A DNA stretch of 64,000 nt from Pyrinomonadaceae bacterium (GCA_046313635.1 JBKBYA010000004.1:96001-160000); one strand, 5' to 3'. Positions 29,490-41,195 are shown, counted from the first letter of the stretch. Translations and numbers: made by a program. The notes: a model not told the origin generated them from the letters alone.

Positions 29490-29990
29490 TTACTTTCTAA
29501 TGCGGGGCGGTTTCGATTTTGCCGTGCAGTACCTCTTGCCGTGGATGTCCATTGCTTTTACGTCTACCATTAACGAGCAGCGCGGACATTTCTCCAGAAT
29601 TTGGCTTGGAGATTTTCTCAACTTAGATAGCTTTGAAACTACTCGGTCAGTGTCCTTCTTCTTCGAGATCGCTTTTCCTTTTGCCCATTCGGAGTACTTG
29701 AGCTGGCCGTGAGCATTCTTGATATGTTGATGAAGCGAATCTCTCGGAATCGGTGTTTTGCAGAATTTACAAATCGCTCGTTCATGCTCGGAATACAAAT
29801 GGTCGGCGTACGCCTTCTTGGTAAACTTCTCGCCGCAAAATGAGCATTCAGTATTCTCCGTCTTGAGAAAAGCTCGAGCGGCTCGACGAGCCTCCTTACG
29901 AATCGAGCTCAATTTCGCCAACTTTTTCGGCCCAAAATTGCCCGCTTTCGCTCTGAGGCGTTGCCAAGCTTTGGAAGCGTTCTTGTACAT
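29490..29990 (-). CDS. Basic protein with tandem C2H2/C2HC zinc fingers
   Basis: CSFC-x11-H-x4-H, CKFC-x11-H-x4-H and CPRC-x11-H-x4-C; fills the res-mod gap. Confidence 0.7.
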   Translation of the reverse strand: MYKNASKAWQRLRAKAGNFGPKKLAKLSSIRKEARRAARAFLKTENTECSFCGEKFTKKAYADHLYSEHERAICKFCKTPIPRDSLHQHIKNAHGQLKYSEWAKGKAISKKKDTDRVVSKLSKLRKSPSQILEKCPRCSLMVDVKAMDIHGKRYCTAKSKPPRIRK

Positions 29991-29999
29991 CGTTCAGAA

Positions 30000-32900
30000 C
30001 TAGATGGAATTGATCGCGTCGATCAACACATTCTTGACATCCCGAATGTCATCCCGTACCTCGATGAAATGCCATTCGTCGTACCCGTACTTTTCACGCA
30101 CCGAGTTGACCGCCGGGAGCCATCTGTTTTCGACGTACCACTTCTTTTCGGCCTTGTCCTTGTTCATGCCCGTGATCTCAAGGATGAGGTTTTTAGGTTT
30201 ACCGTCACGCGCGTTCACGCGAATGATGAAATCAGGGTAATAGTCCTTTTCCTGCGCATCTTTGATATACGGTATGCGAAAGTCGAGAAAGCTGTTCTTG
30301 ACGTAGCTGATCACGTTAAGCTCTTCCAGCGTCTTCGCCGCGATCGCTTCCCAGCCGCTGTCTTCGACCACGAAGTTGACGTGCGACCTCTCGGTCTCGT
30401 AAACCGCTTTGGTCGTGGTCCCGCTGACGTATTTGGTACTGCCGAACCGGTTGTAGTGATTAAAGACCGGCCGCACGAACTCGGTCGTGTTGAGATGGGT
30501 ATTTATTCCGCGTGAAATATGCTCGACGACCTTTTTGGGATCGTGGAAGTAAAGCAGGCGTTTGTATTCGTCGCCCCGAATTCCGAGAAGGCGAACCTTA
30601 TCGTTGTACCACTCGCCGACGATCTCCTTCAGACGGCCGAAGTAACGGAACTCGGGATTGCCTTCAACGTCGGAGAATTTGTATCTGATCAGCTCCTTTG
30701 TGATGAGGTAGTGAAGCTCGCTGTCGCGCTTTTCGAGAACGTCCTTGACCTGCAGCTTTTCTTCTCGCGGCGAGATCGCGACGGCCAGCGTCGCCTCGAC
30801 CGGATAACGCGTGCCGTCTATGTCGTAAGGCTCGACCGCCGAAAAATCGCTCGTGATCTCGCCGGCCGTACTCTCGATGCGGTAGCCGACGACGTTCGGG
30901 AAAGTTATTTCGAATTCGTCTTTTCGCTCGGGCAGAGCTTTGATGTGGTGTGACTCCACCGGCGGCGGCACCGGTGCCGCGGTGCCGCCTTTGAAGAGCT
31001 TAAACGGAACGCCGATGATGTGGGCGTACTCCGGCGGAAACTTGTGCATCACCGCCTTTCGGCCGTCCGTTGTGGGGTTGCCGTCTTTGTCGTACGACTC
31101 CAGGAAGTAATTCATCCGCCTCAGCGCACGCCCGGCCACCTGCTCGCAAAGCAGCTGCGAGCCAAAGGCACGAATTCCCATGATGTGCGTGACGGTGTTT
31201 GCGTCCCAGCCCTCGGTGAGCATCGAGACCGATACCACGCACCGGACATGCTCGCCAAGCTTGCCCTGCTGCCCGACCGTGTTGACGACCTCACGGAGTA
31301 TCTGCGCATCGGTGATGTTCTCGGCCGAAGCTTGCCCGTGGATGCGGGCATAATCGCGTTTGAACATCTCGATCTCGTCCGCAAAGACCTTCTTAAATTC
31401 GTCGTTGATCTGGTCGGTGTTGTCGAGAGCGTCGCTGTCGATGAGCAACGTCGGCGGCTTTCGTTTGGGCCGTTTGTTTTGATCGTAGTTGTCGAACTGC
31501 GGCTTTATGCCGTTAACCACCTGCACTTCGCCGTCGGCGTCCACGTACTCGTAACCGGCAATGTACTTGTAGACCTCTTTCGAAACCGACGTGTTGTTGC
31601 AGACGATGATGAAGACCGGAGGCGGCGTGAACAGATTTCGCGACTTTTCGAACTGTTCGCGATGACCTTTCGAATACTCATCGTAGTGGTTGTAGAACAT
31701 GTCCAGCGCCTGCTTGATCAGCGCCGGGATGACGGGCTTCTCTTCCCGCAGCGTTTCGCCCTCTTCCTTTGCTTCCTTTTTCTTCTTCCTCTGCCCCTTC
31801 CTCGGAAGTTCGCTGCGGACGTGTTCGTACAGATTCGCCAGTACCGGCTGCTCAAGTTCCTGCGACGAGTCCGTATCCGGAAGGAACGGAATCTTGACCA
31901 GCCCCGACTCGATAGCCTCGATCAAACCGAAATCCGAAACGACCCACGGAAACAGGCTGTAAGGTTCATAACCCGAACCGCTCAAATAATACGGCGTCGC
32001 CGAGAGGTCGTAGATGTTGTGAACCTTGTATTTTTTTGCGACCTCTCTCAGCCCCGTGAACCAGACCGCCGCACGTTCGTTCTCGTCAACCTCCTCGTTG
32101 TCGGTGGTCTTCTGGTTTCCTTTAGGCAAGTAACAGTGGTGAGCCTCATCGTTAAGGATCAGCACGCGACTGCCGGTCTTGAAGTCCGACAGCACGCGCT
32201 TGAGCACAAGCGAAAAGTCTTCTTTGTTATCGGTCTTTACTTTGTTTCCGTCGAGATCGACCTTTCCGTCGAAGGGGCTTCTTTTGTTGCCTTGCAGCGT
32301 CTTAGGCATGAAGGCGTGATAGTTGGTGATGACCAGCCGCGAATTGAGATTCTGAAGGCGCTCCCGAAGACTCTTAGGGACCAGTCGACGCATCCGGTAA
32401 TAATCCTCGGCATCGTGCTCGGCCTGTGCTCGCGTGTCGACAAAGAGCACGCCGAGGCGGTCCTTGATCGTTACGCCCGGCGCGACGGCGAGAAAGTAAT
32501 CGGCAAAACGAACGTCGTTCCTGTATTCCTGGCGGTTTGCGAAATGGTAAAGGATCAGGCAGGCCATGACCACCGTCTTCCCGCTCCCAGTGGCCATCTT
32601 GAATGCCGTGCGCGGAAGCTCTTCGTCGGCATTGCGACTGACTGACATCTGAGCGGCTCTGATCATCCGGAGAATGTTTTGGCCGGCGTTCGATTTCTCA
32701 GCGACTTCGTTCAACCAGATGGCTGTCTCGACCGCCTCACGTTGTGCAAAGAAGAGTTTGTACCTTGGCTCGCGTTCGGGATTCTCTAACCAGAAGCGAA
32801 GGAGTTCGGATGTGACGCGGGTTGTTTCGGGGTATTTCGCCACGCGCCATTTACCGACTTCCTTCCGGCAGAGGTTGATCAGGTGATTTTCGATAGCCTC

Positions 32901-33092
32901 CTCTGACGGCTCAGAAAACGTTATCGATCTCTGCTTAGACTGTCGCGTCGGGGTTGGCTGATTTTCCAAGCGAGGGTCGAAGGTTCGCCGCCCCTTGATC
33001 ACGCCTTCGTAGTTAAGCGAGCCGTCGGCGGTCTTGGCGTAGTGAAGACGCGGTTCGTCGTATGGGCTGTTGAGAATGGGATTATCGCTCAT
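30000..33092 (-). CDS. Type III restriction endonuclease subunit (Res): SF2 helicase plus PD-(D/E)xK domain
   Basis: [33 protein letters not shown] and YPDFII..LEITG motifs. Confidence 0.9.
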   Translation of the reverse strand: MSDNPILNSPYDEPRLHYAKTADGSLNYEGVIKGRRTFDPRLENQPTPTRQSKQRSITFSEPSEEAIENHLINLCRKEVGKWRVAKYPETTRVTSELLRFWLENPEREPRYKLFFAQREAVETAIWLNEVAEKSNAGQNILRMIRAAQMSVSRNADEELPRTAFKMATGSGKTVVMACLILYHFANRQEYRNDVRFADYFLAVAPGVTIKDRLGVLFVDTRAQAEHDAEDYYRMRRLVPKSLRERLQNLNSRLVITNYHAFMPKTLQGNKRSPFDGKVDLDGNKVKTDNKEDFSLVLKRVLSDFKTGSRVLILNDEAHHCYLPKGNQKTTDNEEVDENERAAVWFTGLREVAKKYKVHNIYDLSATPYYLSGSGYEPYSLFPWVVSDFGLIEAIESGLVKIPFLPDTDSSQELEQPVLANLYEHVRSELPRKGQRKKKKEAKEEGETLREEKPVIPALIKQALDMFYNHYDEYSKGHREQFEKSRNLFTPPPVFIIVCNNTSVSKEVYKYIAGYEYVDADGEVQVVNGIKPQFDNYDQNKRPKRKPPTLLIDSDALDNTDQINDEFKKVFADEIEMFKRDYARIHGQASAENITDAQILREVVNTVGQQGKLGEHVRCVVSVSMLTEGWDANTVTHIMGIRAFGSQLLCEQVAGRALRRMNYFLESYDKDGNPTTDGRKAVMHKFPPEYAHIIGVPFKLFKGGTAAPVPPPVESHHIKALPERKDEFEITFPNVVGYRIESTAGEITSDFSAVEPYDIDGTRYPVEATLAVAISPREEKLQVKDVLEKRDSELHYLITKELIRYKFSDVEGNPEFRYFGRLKEIVGEWYNDKVRLLGIRGDEYKRLLYFHDPKKVVEHISRGINTHLNTTEFVRPVFNHYNRFGSTKYVSGTTTKAVYETERSHVNFVVEDSGWEAIAAKTLEELNVISYVKNSFLDFRIPYIKDAQEKDYYPDFIIRVNARDGKPKNLILEITGMNKDKAEKKWYVENRWLPAVNSVREKYGYDEWHFIEVRDDIRDVKNVLIDAINSI

Positions 33093-33389
33093 CGATTAGG
33101 GGTTAAATTAGGGTTATGGACTAAGGCGACGGCTTGCGCCAAGTCCGAACCGAAATTCAATAGAAAATACCAGCTTTGCATGGACATAGGAGTTATCAAG
33201 TTTTTGAGGCGATTGAAGCGATGAGAATTTAGCATCGGTGGCAACGGTATTTCAAGACGTGATCACCCGACAGGCTGGAAAGAACTCATCTTCTGGACGG
33301 AGCTGTCGATTTCCTTGGCGTCGAAGGTCGCGATATTAAGCATGGCGGACAGAACGGCCGAGCAATGTCGGACTTCTAATAACGAGTGT

Positions 33390-33412
33390 CGATTGCGGAT
33401 TTCGGATTGCGG
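33390..33412. repeat. Short heptamer tract, inverted copy of the AATCCGC/AATCCGA units at 23375-23475
   Basis: cgattgcggatttcggattgcgg. Confidence 0.65.
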
Positions 33413-33685
33413 GTTTGTGGGGCCACAAGTGGGGCCGGCCTTTCTGTGCAAGGGCTTCGCGCTGGGGGCCTGGCATTCTCGTGCCGGCGAGAGATGGTCT
33501 CGTATCGGGCGTGCTACTCGACGCGCTCGGCATGAACGTCGATTATGTGATGGAGCGGCGAGACGCTGACGCGGGGCCGGGGCGGAATTGGCGCGGCGGG
33601 GGGCGGCGGCTCGGTGCGGTGGGAGGTTTTGGGGTATGCTCGACGTCGCGGCCGGCCCGTGCGGCCCGGAGCTCCGAATACCTGT

Positions 33686-34225
33686 ATGACAAACTTCAGA
33701 ACAATTTTGATGACATTCGCGGCGGCGTTGTGCCTCGCGGCGGCGTTGACGGCGGCAGCACAGCAGCCTTCAAAGTGGAAAGCGTATGCGCCCGCGGGCG
33801 AGGTCTACTCGGTGTCGCTCCCGTGCACGCCCGCGGTTGAGCCCGACAGCGTGACGACAAAAGACGGCGTCAAGATCACGGTCAAGGTCGCCGGCTGCGT
33901 CGCGGGCACCGTGTACTATATGGTCTCGACGTCGGACTTTTCGTCGTTGCCCAACGGAGCAAAGGTCACGCTCGATACTTTTCGCGACGGGGTTGTGACC
34001 GGTTCGGGCACGGAGCTCGGGCCCGAGACGAGCGTCAGCCTCGGGGAGGCGCCGGGCCGTGCGTTCACCTCGACGGGCTCGATCGACGGCGTCGAAGTGC
34101 ACTACACATGGCGCGTGTATCTGGTCGGTTCGCGGATCTACACGCTCGCCGCGGCAAACACCGCCGCGACCACGCCGGCGACGGATGCCGATACATTCAT
34201 CTCGTCATTTAAGCTCAAAAAGTAG
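33686..34225 (+). CDS. Exported hypothetical protein (PsbP-like pattern)
   Basis: Signal peptide; YSVSLP and FISSFKL patterns. Confidence 0.6.
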   Translation: MTNFRTILMTFAAALCLAAALTAAAQQPSKWKAYAPAGEVYSVSLPCTPAVEPDSVTTKDGVKITVKVAGCVAGTVYYMVSTSDFSSLPNGAKVTLDTFRDGVVTGSGTELGPETSVSLGEAPGRAFTSTGSIDGVEVHYTWRVYLVGSRIYTLAAANTAATTPATDADTFISSFKLKK

Positions 34226-34328
34226 CCCGGCCGCTTGCCGCGCTTCGAATCAAAAGCCCGCGGGTTCCGGCGACGGCCGGACGCGGGCTTATTCGTCTTT
34301 GTTTAGATCGAGAGCTCTCGGGCAAAGG

Positions 34329-35984
34329 TCAGCGGCGGCCGAGCAGCGAGATGACGGCGGCCGGGAAGTCGGCGAGCTCGACCGGCTTGGAAACATGAAG
34401 CTGAAATCCGGCGGCGAATGCGCGTTCGCGATCTTCGACGCTGGTGTAGCCCGAGAGGGCGATGGCCGGCAGCTCCTGCGGCTTGAGACGGAGCTCTTCG
34501 CGGACGGCGCGGATGAGGTCGTAGCCGTCCGAGCCCGGCATGCCGATGTCGCTGATCAGCAGATCAAAGCGGTCCGAGGCGAGGGCCGAGCGCGCCGCCG
34601 CGGCATGATCGACGCAGTGGACGCTTGCTCCGTGAGACGCGAGCACGAGACTCAGCATCTCGAGCGCGTCGCGATCGTCGTCGACGACGAGCACGCGCGC
34701 ATTCGACAGCCGCCCCGAGGCGGCCCTGCCTTCGGCCGTCGAGCCGCGCTTGGCGTCGCCCGCCGTGTGCCCGGACGCGACCGGCAGCCGCACGGTAAAG
34801 GTGGTGCCCTTGCCCGGGCCGTCGCTAAAGGCTTCGATCGTGCCGCCGTGCTGCTCGACCAGATGACGCGCGATGGCGAGACCGAGGCCGAGACCTCCGT
34901 GGCGTCGCCGCGAAGAGCTGTCGGCCTGCCGAAAGCGATCAAAGATAAAGGGCAGGAAGTCGGCCGCGATGCCCTCGCCCGTATCCGCGACCTCGATCAC
35001 CGCTTCGGGCGATCGGCCGTCAGCGCCCGGCTGCCGTCGCAGCGAGACCGAGACGGTGCCGCCGCTCGGCGTGAACTTGATCGCGTTAGAGATGAGATTT
35101 GTCATCACACGGCGGAGCGCCGACGCGTCACCGTCGATCACGCCGGCCGTCTCGTCTATGTCGGCGACAAGCCGCTGGCCCGCGGCCGCCGCGTCGGGCT
35201 GGAGGTCTTGGGCGGCGTCGGCGACGATGCTGTGCAGATCGACGGGAGCCGACTCGAGCTCGAGCTTGCCGGCCGCGATGCGAGAGATGTCGAGCAGGTC
35301 GTTGACGAGCTCGTTCTGGGCGGCGACGGCGCGCTCGATCGTGGCAAAGGCGCGGTCGCGGTCTGACCTGTCGAGCTGGCCGGCCCTAAGCAGCGAGAGC
35401 CAGCCGCCGATGGCGTGCAGCGGCGTTCTGAGCTCGTGCGAGAGGACGGCGAGAAACTCGTCCTTGGCGCGGTTGGCGGCCTCCGCATCGCGGCGTGCGG
35501 CCTGCTCGCGCTCGAGTATCATCTGGCGCTCGGCCTCGACCTTGCGTCGCTCGGCGATCTCCTTGTTGAGCTCGGCGATCTTTGACGTGAGCAGGTTGAA
35601 TTTGATCGCCGCAGACTCCCGCGGCCTGAAGCGGAGCAGCACGAGCGACGGCCCCGGGTCGGACGGTCGCGGCCCGTCAAAGAGTGTGCCTTCGCATCGC
35701 AGCGGTACCGGCGGCGCGGCGGCTGACGTGTCGAGGTCGACCGCGCCGAAGAGCATCTGGCGCGAGCGAGCGCACCGCTTGAGGTACGCGGCAAATTTCG
35801 CTCTGTCGGACGGCGCAATCAGGTCAAAGATATCGCGGCCCGTCAAAAGGTCTGCGGCAGCGTGCCCGGTGAGCTGTGCAAAGGCCGAATTGGCGCCGAC
35901 GATCCGGCCGTCGACCGCCGCCACGACGGTGGCCTCGGGCAGTGCGTCCAGAACGACGAGCGCCTGCTGCGAGAGCGTGGTCAT
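34329..35984 (-). CDS. Hybrid sensor histidine kinase (PAS-HisKA-HATPase-REC)
   Basis: [41 protein letters not shown] and SKPV motifs. Confidence 0.93.
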   Translation of the reverse strand: MTTLSQQALVVLDALPEATVVAAVDGRIVGANSAFAQLTGHAAADLLTGRDIFDLIAPSDRAKFAAYLKRCARSRQMLFGAVDLDTSAAAPPVPLRCEGTLFDGPRPSDPGPSLVLLRFRPRESAAIKFNLLTSKIAELNKEIAERRKVEAERQMILEREQAARRDAEAANRAKDEFLAVLSHELRTPLHAIGGWLSLLRAGQLDRSDRDRAFATIERAVAAQNELVNDLLDISRIAAGKLELESAPVDLHSIVADAAQDLQPDAAAAGQRLVADIDETAGVIDGDASALRRVMTNLISNAIKFTPSGGTVSVSLRRQPGADGRSPEAVIEVADTGEGIAADFLPFIFDRFRQADSSSRRRHGGLGLGLAIARHLVEQHGGTIEAFSDGPGKGTTFTVRLPVASGHTAGDAKRGSTAEGRAASGRLSNARVLVVDDDRDALEMLSLVLASHGASVHCVDHAAAARSALASDRFDLLISDIGMPGSDGYDLIRAVREELRLKPQELPAIALSGYTSVEDRERAFAAGFQLHVSKPVELADFPAAVISLLGRR

Positions 35985-36520
35985 TCTCCCTTGAAGTACT
36001 CGCGACCCGCTGCAGCCTGAGCCTCGGGCGTGCGTTCGAGATAAACGACGACCCGGCAGCCCGGATCGCCGAGAGCGATCGACTCCTCGATCGATACCTT
36101 GGCGTAGCCGAGATTGTCCGCCGCGATCGAGCCAAAAACGTTTGACGTCATCATGCACATCGCCGGCCGGCCGATGACGCGGTCCTCAAAAGGACAGACG
36201 CGATTGCCGAAAACGATCTTTTCGTCAGATTCTTCGATGATATAAAAATCGCCACGGATGCGGCGCTTGAGATCGACCAGCACGCGGGCGACCTGCTCGC
36301 GATCGAGCCGAGAGACCGCGAGTGCCGATTTATATGAGTCGTTGATGCGGTCGCCTATATTCTGGCCGACTAGACTGATGAATCCCGAGGCTTCGTCGAT
36401 GCCGACGATGTCCTGAAGAGCACCCGATAACTCGCGAATGAGATCGCGTAAAAAAACGTCTCGATCGAGCGGGACGTCCGCTCCGGCAAGGGCCGAAGAT
36501 AGCTGCGTTGTTTGTTCCAT
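35981..36520 (-). CDS. Methanogen output domain 1 (MetOD1/V4R-like) protein
   Basis: [22 protein letters not shown] and [11 protein letters not shown] motifs; stop overlaps the kinase ATG. Confidence 0.75.
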   Translation of the reverse strand: MEQTTQLSSALAGADVPLDRDVFLRDLIRELSGALQDIVGIDEASGFISLVGQNIGDRINDSYKSALAVSRLDREQVARVLVDLKRRIRGDFYIIEESDEKIVFGNRVCPFEDRVIGRPAMCMMTSNVFGSIAADNLGYAKVSIEESIALGDPGCRVVVYLERTPEAQAAAGREYFKGE

Positions 36521-36671
36521 ATCTACCCCTGTTATGAGACTGAGCGACGCTGCCGCGCTAATGGTCATGTGGAGTGGCCGCTGTGACCGTATCACGCATT
36601 ATACACACGCGGAGCGGCGCTCCTACCGGCAAAACGGCCGTGCAGCCGCATTGTCAAAAATAATCTCGCGC

Positions 36672-36703
36672 AAAAAAAATGCCGGTGCTCGCCCGCACCG
36701 GCA
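36672..36703 (-). terminator. Rho-independent terminator of the M36 gene
   Basis: A8 followed by tgccggtgc-tcgccc-gcaccggca. Confidence 0.7.
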
Positions 36704-36747
36704 AAGAGTATTCGGTCGATCGTGCGATCGCCTGCTGAGACGCCCGC

Positions 36748-39700
36748 TTACCTGACGTACGCACCGGGCAGAGGGGCGTCGCCCGTCGAGCCGAAACTCG
36801 TGATCGCGGTGCCGCCCGAGCTGCGGAGGATGTACCACTGCGAGACCTGCGGCCGGTAAACGGCGGCGTCGACCTTGCCGTCGCCGTCGTAGTCGCCCGG
36901 GGCCGCGACGTCGCCGGCCGCGCCGAAGGGAAAGGCAAAGAATGACGAGTCCTCGCTGCGGAGCACGTACCACTCGCCCGCCGACGGCCGGTAAAAGGCT
37001 ATGTCGGCCTTGCCGTCGCCGGTAAAGTCTCCGGGCACGGCACGGTCTGTTGACGTGCCGAAGCCGGCGGCGTAGAGCCCGGCGGTCGAGCGCAGCAGCC
37101 ACCATTCGGCGCCGCCCGAGCCGCCCGACGGGCGAAAGATCGCGATGTCCGCTCGGCCGTCGCCGTCGTAGTCGGCCGCGACCGGCCTGTCGCCCGCAAT
37201 GCCAAAGGCGGCGGTCGTCACGCCGCCGTCGGTCGAGCGGGCGATGTACCAGGTGCTCGTCGACGGCCTGAACACGGCCGCGTCAGCCCTGCCGTCGCCG
37301 TCGTAATCGGCCGGCACCGGAATGTCGCCATTCGAGCCAAAGGGAAATGCGTAAAAGGACGAGTCCTCGCTGCGGATGACGAACCATTGCCCGGTCGACG
37401 GCCTGAAAAAAGCGATGTCGGTCTTACGATCGCCGGTAAAGTCGGCCGCCGCGATCGCGTCGCTCGACGTGCCGAACTGCACCGCCCGCGCCGCGCCGCC
37501 CGAGCTCGGCTGCAGCCACCATTCGCCGCTCGCCGGACGAAAGATCGAGACGTCGGTCCGCGCGTCGCCGTCGAGATCGAAAGGAGCCCGAGCCTGAGGC
37601 ACGGCCGGGCCGCACTGATAGCCGCGGACGACGCGCACCGTGTCGACATACCAGCCGACGGCGCCCGTATTGTTGTCGGCGCCGAATCGCCACCTGAGCT
37701 GCACGGTCTGCCCGGCCGCCGCCGGCGGCAGCAGCGCCGTCGTCGTGATAAAGCCGCCGGAGTTGCCGGTCCAGGCCGCGCGGCCGGCGATCGGATTGTT
37801 GACGCCGTTGCCGAGCGAGGCGTTGTAGCCGCCGACGAGGAATCGGCCGCCGGCCGCGACAATGTCCTGCCATGAGCCGCCGCTCATGCTGATCTCGAGC
37901 ACGCCGCCGTCCCAATTAGCCTCGGTCTGAAAGCTATGGCGGAACGTCACGGTCGCCGCCTGCGCCGCGACGGTCATCGGCGGCGCGACGAGCACCGTTC
38001 CGCCGCCGATGTTGGTCGGCGGGTTTGGTGCAAAGGCCGCGTTCGGCGCGGTGTCGCTCGCCGCGGTCGAGACCGTAAACGGCGTGCCGCTCTGCTCGCT
38101 CATCACGATCCAGCCCGCGGGCAGCGACGGTGCCGCGGCGGCGTCAAAATTCTCGTTCGAGATCTGCGACGGCGTGCCGACGATGATCGTCCGGACAAAG
38201 CTCGTCGCGCCGAGGCTGCTCGAGACGTTGATCGTCAGGTCGAGCGTCGTGCCGCACGTCGTGCTGGCCGGGACGGTGTAGCTCAGCGAGAGCGTAACGC
38301 TCGATCCGCTCGTGATCGTGCCGTAACTCGCCGTCGGGCCCGAGCCGATCTGGGCCGTGACGCCGGTCGCGGTGACGCCGCTGACATTTGTGAGCGGCAC
38401 CGAGACGGCGATCGTCTCGCCGGGCTCGGGATATCCGTTGTTGTTGCCGGCCGCGTCGCCGATCGTGATCGCGAGGACCTGCGTCAGATTGGGCAGGTCA
38501 AAGGCCTCGACGACGCGCGTGTCGCCCGAGCCCGAACCGGGGTTGAGCACCTGTGCGCTCGCACCCATTCCGCGCGCGGCAAATCCGGCCCAGACGTCCG
38601 CCGTGTCGGCCGACGCCTCCGGAGCGAGCGGGCTTAGCTGCGCCGCCGAGACGATCGCGTCGCGGGCCTGCAGGAATGTCGGGTTGGCGGGCGAGAGCTT
38701 CATCGCGTCGGTGACGATCTGCAGCACCTTGCGGTTGCCGACCGCCCAGCCGAGCCGTGCGACCATTCGGGCCCGCACTTCCCAGAGCGCGCTCGACCAG
38801 ATCTCGCCGAGATTGTGGACCTGATCGACCGTAAAGCTGCCCGAGAACTGATTGCGTGGGAAGGCCGCGTTGTCGATATTGAACTGCGTCGCGTCGGCGT
38901 CGGCGAATGTGAGCGGATTGAATGGCCGGTTAAAAGGCCCGCCCGTGGCGCTTATCACCGCCTTTGGAAAGCGTCGGATGCCGTAATAGTAATTCGCGTT
39001 AAAGTTTGTCCCCTGGATGCGGTACGTCGCGTAGCCGGCGATGGTATAGATGCCGTCGATCGGGTCTGACGGCCTCGACAGCAGGCAGTGTGCGTAAAAG
39101 TCCGACCAGCCCTCGCCGAGACCCCGGGCCATATTGGTCGACAGGCCGTTCGAGTTGAAGTGCAGCCGGTTTGACAATCCGTGCGTCAGCTCGTGGATGA
39201 CGATGTCGGCGTCGAGATCGCCGTCAAAGTCTGGATCGGGGCCGTTCCAGATGTACATCTGCATCCGGCCGCGCTGACCGTCGAGAGGCGTCGCAAAATT
39301 TGCGTTGTTTGTGCCCGAGCAGTCCTGCGCCTCGGCCGAGATGCGGTCGCCCGCCAGCCCGCCGCGGCCAAAGTTGTCGTTCTGAAAGTTGCCCGCCGCC
39401 TCGGTAAAGCCGAGCCGGTAGGTCTCGTCGTGAAACCAGTTCGAGATGTAAAAGAGCTGCGTCACGGCGGCGCGCTGCGCGTCGTTCATCCCGTGCGGCT
39501 GCGCGATCGACGCGCAGGGCGTGACGGCCTCGGCCGCGGGTACGGGCGAGTCGCCCGAATTCGTGTTCGGGTTGCCGGGCGAGAACGCAAAGTCGAATGT
39601 GCGTGACGGCGAGACGGCCCGCCCGTTAAAGGTATCGACGCCATTCGTCACGTCGCGGTCGAGACCTGCCTCGACGTTGTTGCCGTCGGTCTCGGTGCCG

Positions 39701-40902
39701 CCGTCGCTGATCCAGCCGAGATTGTTAAAGCCGTACGGCGGCTCGTTGCCGACGCGTGTGACCAGCGTGCGTGCGAGCGCCGAGCCCTGCATGCCGAGCG
39801 TCGGGTCGATCGGGCCCGGCCTCAGCGGGAAGGGGCTGCTCGCGACCGGTATCATCGCGTTCTGATCGGCAAAGACGTTGTAGGTCGCCGGCTGGCTCTG
39901 GTCCTCGGTGATGTTCTTGCGCCAGAGCATCTCGCCGGTCGCCGCGTCGACGATGACGTAGTAGGCATCGGTCGGCTGCCAGAGCAGCACGCGCCATGCG
40001 GGCACGACGACGCCGGGCTCGGTCGGGAAGTAGATCTTTTCGGCGGTCGGCCCCCATTCGTCGGTGCCGAATTCGGCGAGGTCGCCCTCACCGGGAGCGG
40101 CCGCGGCTGCCTCGCGCCTTCCGCGTCGAACGAGGTCCGACGGTTTGAGCTCGCGACCGATATGTCCGGCGGCGGAGCGGACGGCCGCCTCGGCGCTGCC
40201 AAAATTCCTTTCGACCGACGACGCATCGACGCCGGCCGCGAGCGTATTGATCACGCGGACCATCTCGCCCGACCTGTTAAAGCCGGCCCTGATCTCGCCG
40301 CCAAAGACCGGAATGCCGTTGATCTTTTGCCGCAGCGAGGTGACGGCGAGCGTGCCGGCCGGATTGACGTCATCGGCCGCGACCTCGAGCCGGTCGACGT
40401 CGTGCGCGGCGACGCCAAAGAGATCGCTATTCTCCCGCGCAAAGGCGCGCAGCGTCTCGGCACGCGAGCGTCCGGCCGTCGCGGCAAGCGGCTGCGGCCG
40501 TCCGAGCCGCACGTCGGCGCCGACGACCTCAGGAGAGTTGGTCGCAGGATCGTATTCGACCTTGAGCGACGCGACGCGTCGGCCGAGCGCACGTTCGCCG
40601 CTCGAGAAGCGTTCGCGGATGTCTGCGACGTCGGCGGCGTTCTTGTTAGCGCGGCCGCGGATGGCGGCGAGCCTCTCGGACGAGTTCTTGCGGTCGGTGC
40701 GGATGTCGTAATTCTCGAGGCCCGGGGCATGACTCTCGGTGCGGGCGGGCCGAGATCGAGCGGGGTCTGCCGCCGAGGCGTACGACGGCGCGGGGAGCGG
40801 TCCGGCGGTCATCCAGAAAAACGCCGCGACGACCATTGCGGGCCCGACTATACCGAGCAGCAGGCAGGTCCGCCGCGGGGGAAGATCGTTCATATTCATC
40901 AC
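36748..40902 (-). CDS. Secreted M36 (fungalysin-like) metallopeptidase with FTP/PepSY propeptide and C-terminal FG-GAP-like repeats
   Basis: HELTHGLSNRL, GEGWSD, NNANF.TP.DG and YGIRRFP motifs; repeated DYDGDG.AD.A.FRPS units. Confidence 0.9.
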   Translation of the reverse strand: MMNMNDLPPRRTCLLLGIVGPAMVVAAFFWMTAGPLPAPSYASAADPARSRPARTESHAPGLENYDIRTDRKNSSERLAAIRGRANKNAADVADIRERFSSGERALGRRVASLKVEYDPATNSPEVVGADVRLGRPQPLAATAGRSRAETLRAFARENSDLFGVAAHDVDRLEVAADDVNPAGTLAVTSLRQKINGIPVFGGEIRAGFNRSGEMVRVINTLAAGVDASSVERNFGSAEAAVRSAAGHIGRELKPSDLVRRGRREAAAAAPGEGDLAEFGTDEWGPTAEKIYFPTEPGVVVPAWRVLLWQPTDAYYVIVDAATGEMLWRKNITEDQSQPATYNVFADQNAMIPVASSPFPLRPGPIDPTLGMQGSALARTLVTRVGNEPPYGFNNLGWISDGGTETDGNNVEAGLDRDVTNGVDTFNGRAVSPSRTFDFAFSPGNPNTNSGDSPVPAAEAVTPCASIAQPHGMNDAQRAAVTQLFYISNWFHDETYRLGFTEAAGNFQNDNFGRGGLAGDRISAEAQDCSGTNNANFATPLDGQRGRMQMYIWNGPDPDFDGDLDADIVIHELTHGLSNRLHFNSNGLSTNMARGLGEGWSDFYAHCLLSRPSDPIDGIYTIAGYATYRIQGTNFNANYYYGIRRFPKAVISATGGPFNRPFNPLTFADADATQFNIDNAAFPRNQFSGSFTVDQVHNLGEIWSSALWEVRARMVARLGWAVGNRKVLQIVTDAMKLSPANPTFLQARDAIVSAAQLSPLAPEASADTADVWAGFAARGMGASAQVLNPGSGSGDTRVVEAFDLPNLTQVLAITIGDAAGNNNGYPEPGETIAVSVPLTNVSGVTATGVTAQIGSGPTASYGTITSGSSVTLSLSYTVPASTTCGTTLDLTINVSSSLGATSFVRTIIVGTPSQISNENFDAAAAPSLPAGWIVMSEQSGTPFTVSTAASDTAPNAAFAPNPPTNIGGGTVLVAPPMTVAAQAATVTFRHSFQTEANWDGGVLEISMSGGSWQDIVAAGGRFLVGGYNASLGNGVNNPIAGRAAWTGNSGGFITTTALLPPAAAGQTVQLRWRFGADNNTGAVGWYVDTVRVVRGYQCGPAVPQARAPFDLDGDARTDVSIFRPASGEWWLQPSSGGAARAVQFGTSSDAIAAADFTGDRKTDIAFFRPSTGQWFVIRSEDSSFYAFPFGSNGDIPVPADYDGDGRADAAVFRPSTSTWYIARSTDGGVTTAAFGIAGDRPVAADYDGDGRADIAIFRPSGGSGGAEWWLLRSTAGLYAAGFGTSTDRAVPGDFTGDGKADIAFYRPSAGEWYVLRSEDSSFFAFPFGAAGDVAAPGDYDGDGKVDAAVYRPQVSQWYILRSSGGTAITSFGSTGDAPLPGAYVR

Positions 40903-41195
40903 GCTTGTCGGCAGCGGATCGAGGCGAGCGACCGGAGTCGTCCGACGATCCTAAAGGCCGCTTACTTAATGGTCTCGGTCGAATCGAAAAAGGCCGGAAA
41001 ACATACTACACTTTAGATGCACAATAAATGGGAATTTGTATTACAGAATACTCAGGTCGGCAGATCCCTTTGCCGGCAGCCGCGGGCCGGTATTTTGGGA
41101 GGCCCGAGACCCTCAAAGGTCGGGAAAATTGACAGTTCCTTGTAACAAATAGCATTTTTCGAGTCAATCTTAGATTCGGCTCCCACGCTTTCAGG

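Noticed and set aside
30150..30250. Res nuclease inactivated (EITG instead of ExK)
   Set aside because: Variants at this position may be tolerated; cannot be judged without an alignment.
33263..33600. Short ORFs or gene remnants at the island edge
   Set aside because: No recognisable motifs; cannot be supported as genes or pseudogenes.
36582..36596. TGTGA-CCGTA-TCACG as a fifth CRP-type box
   Set aside because: Spacer is 5 bp rather than 6, and it lies outside the cluster.
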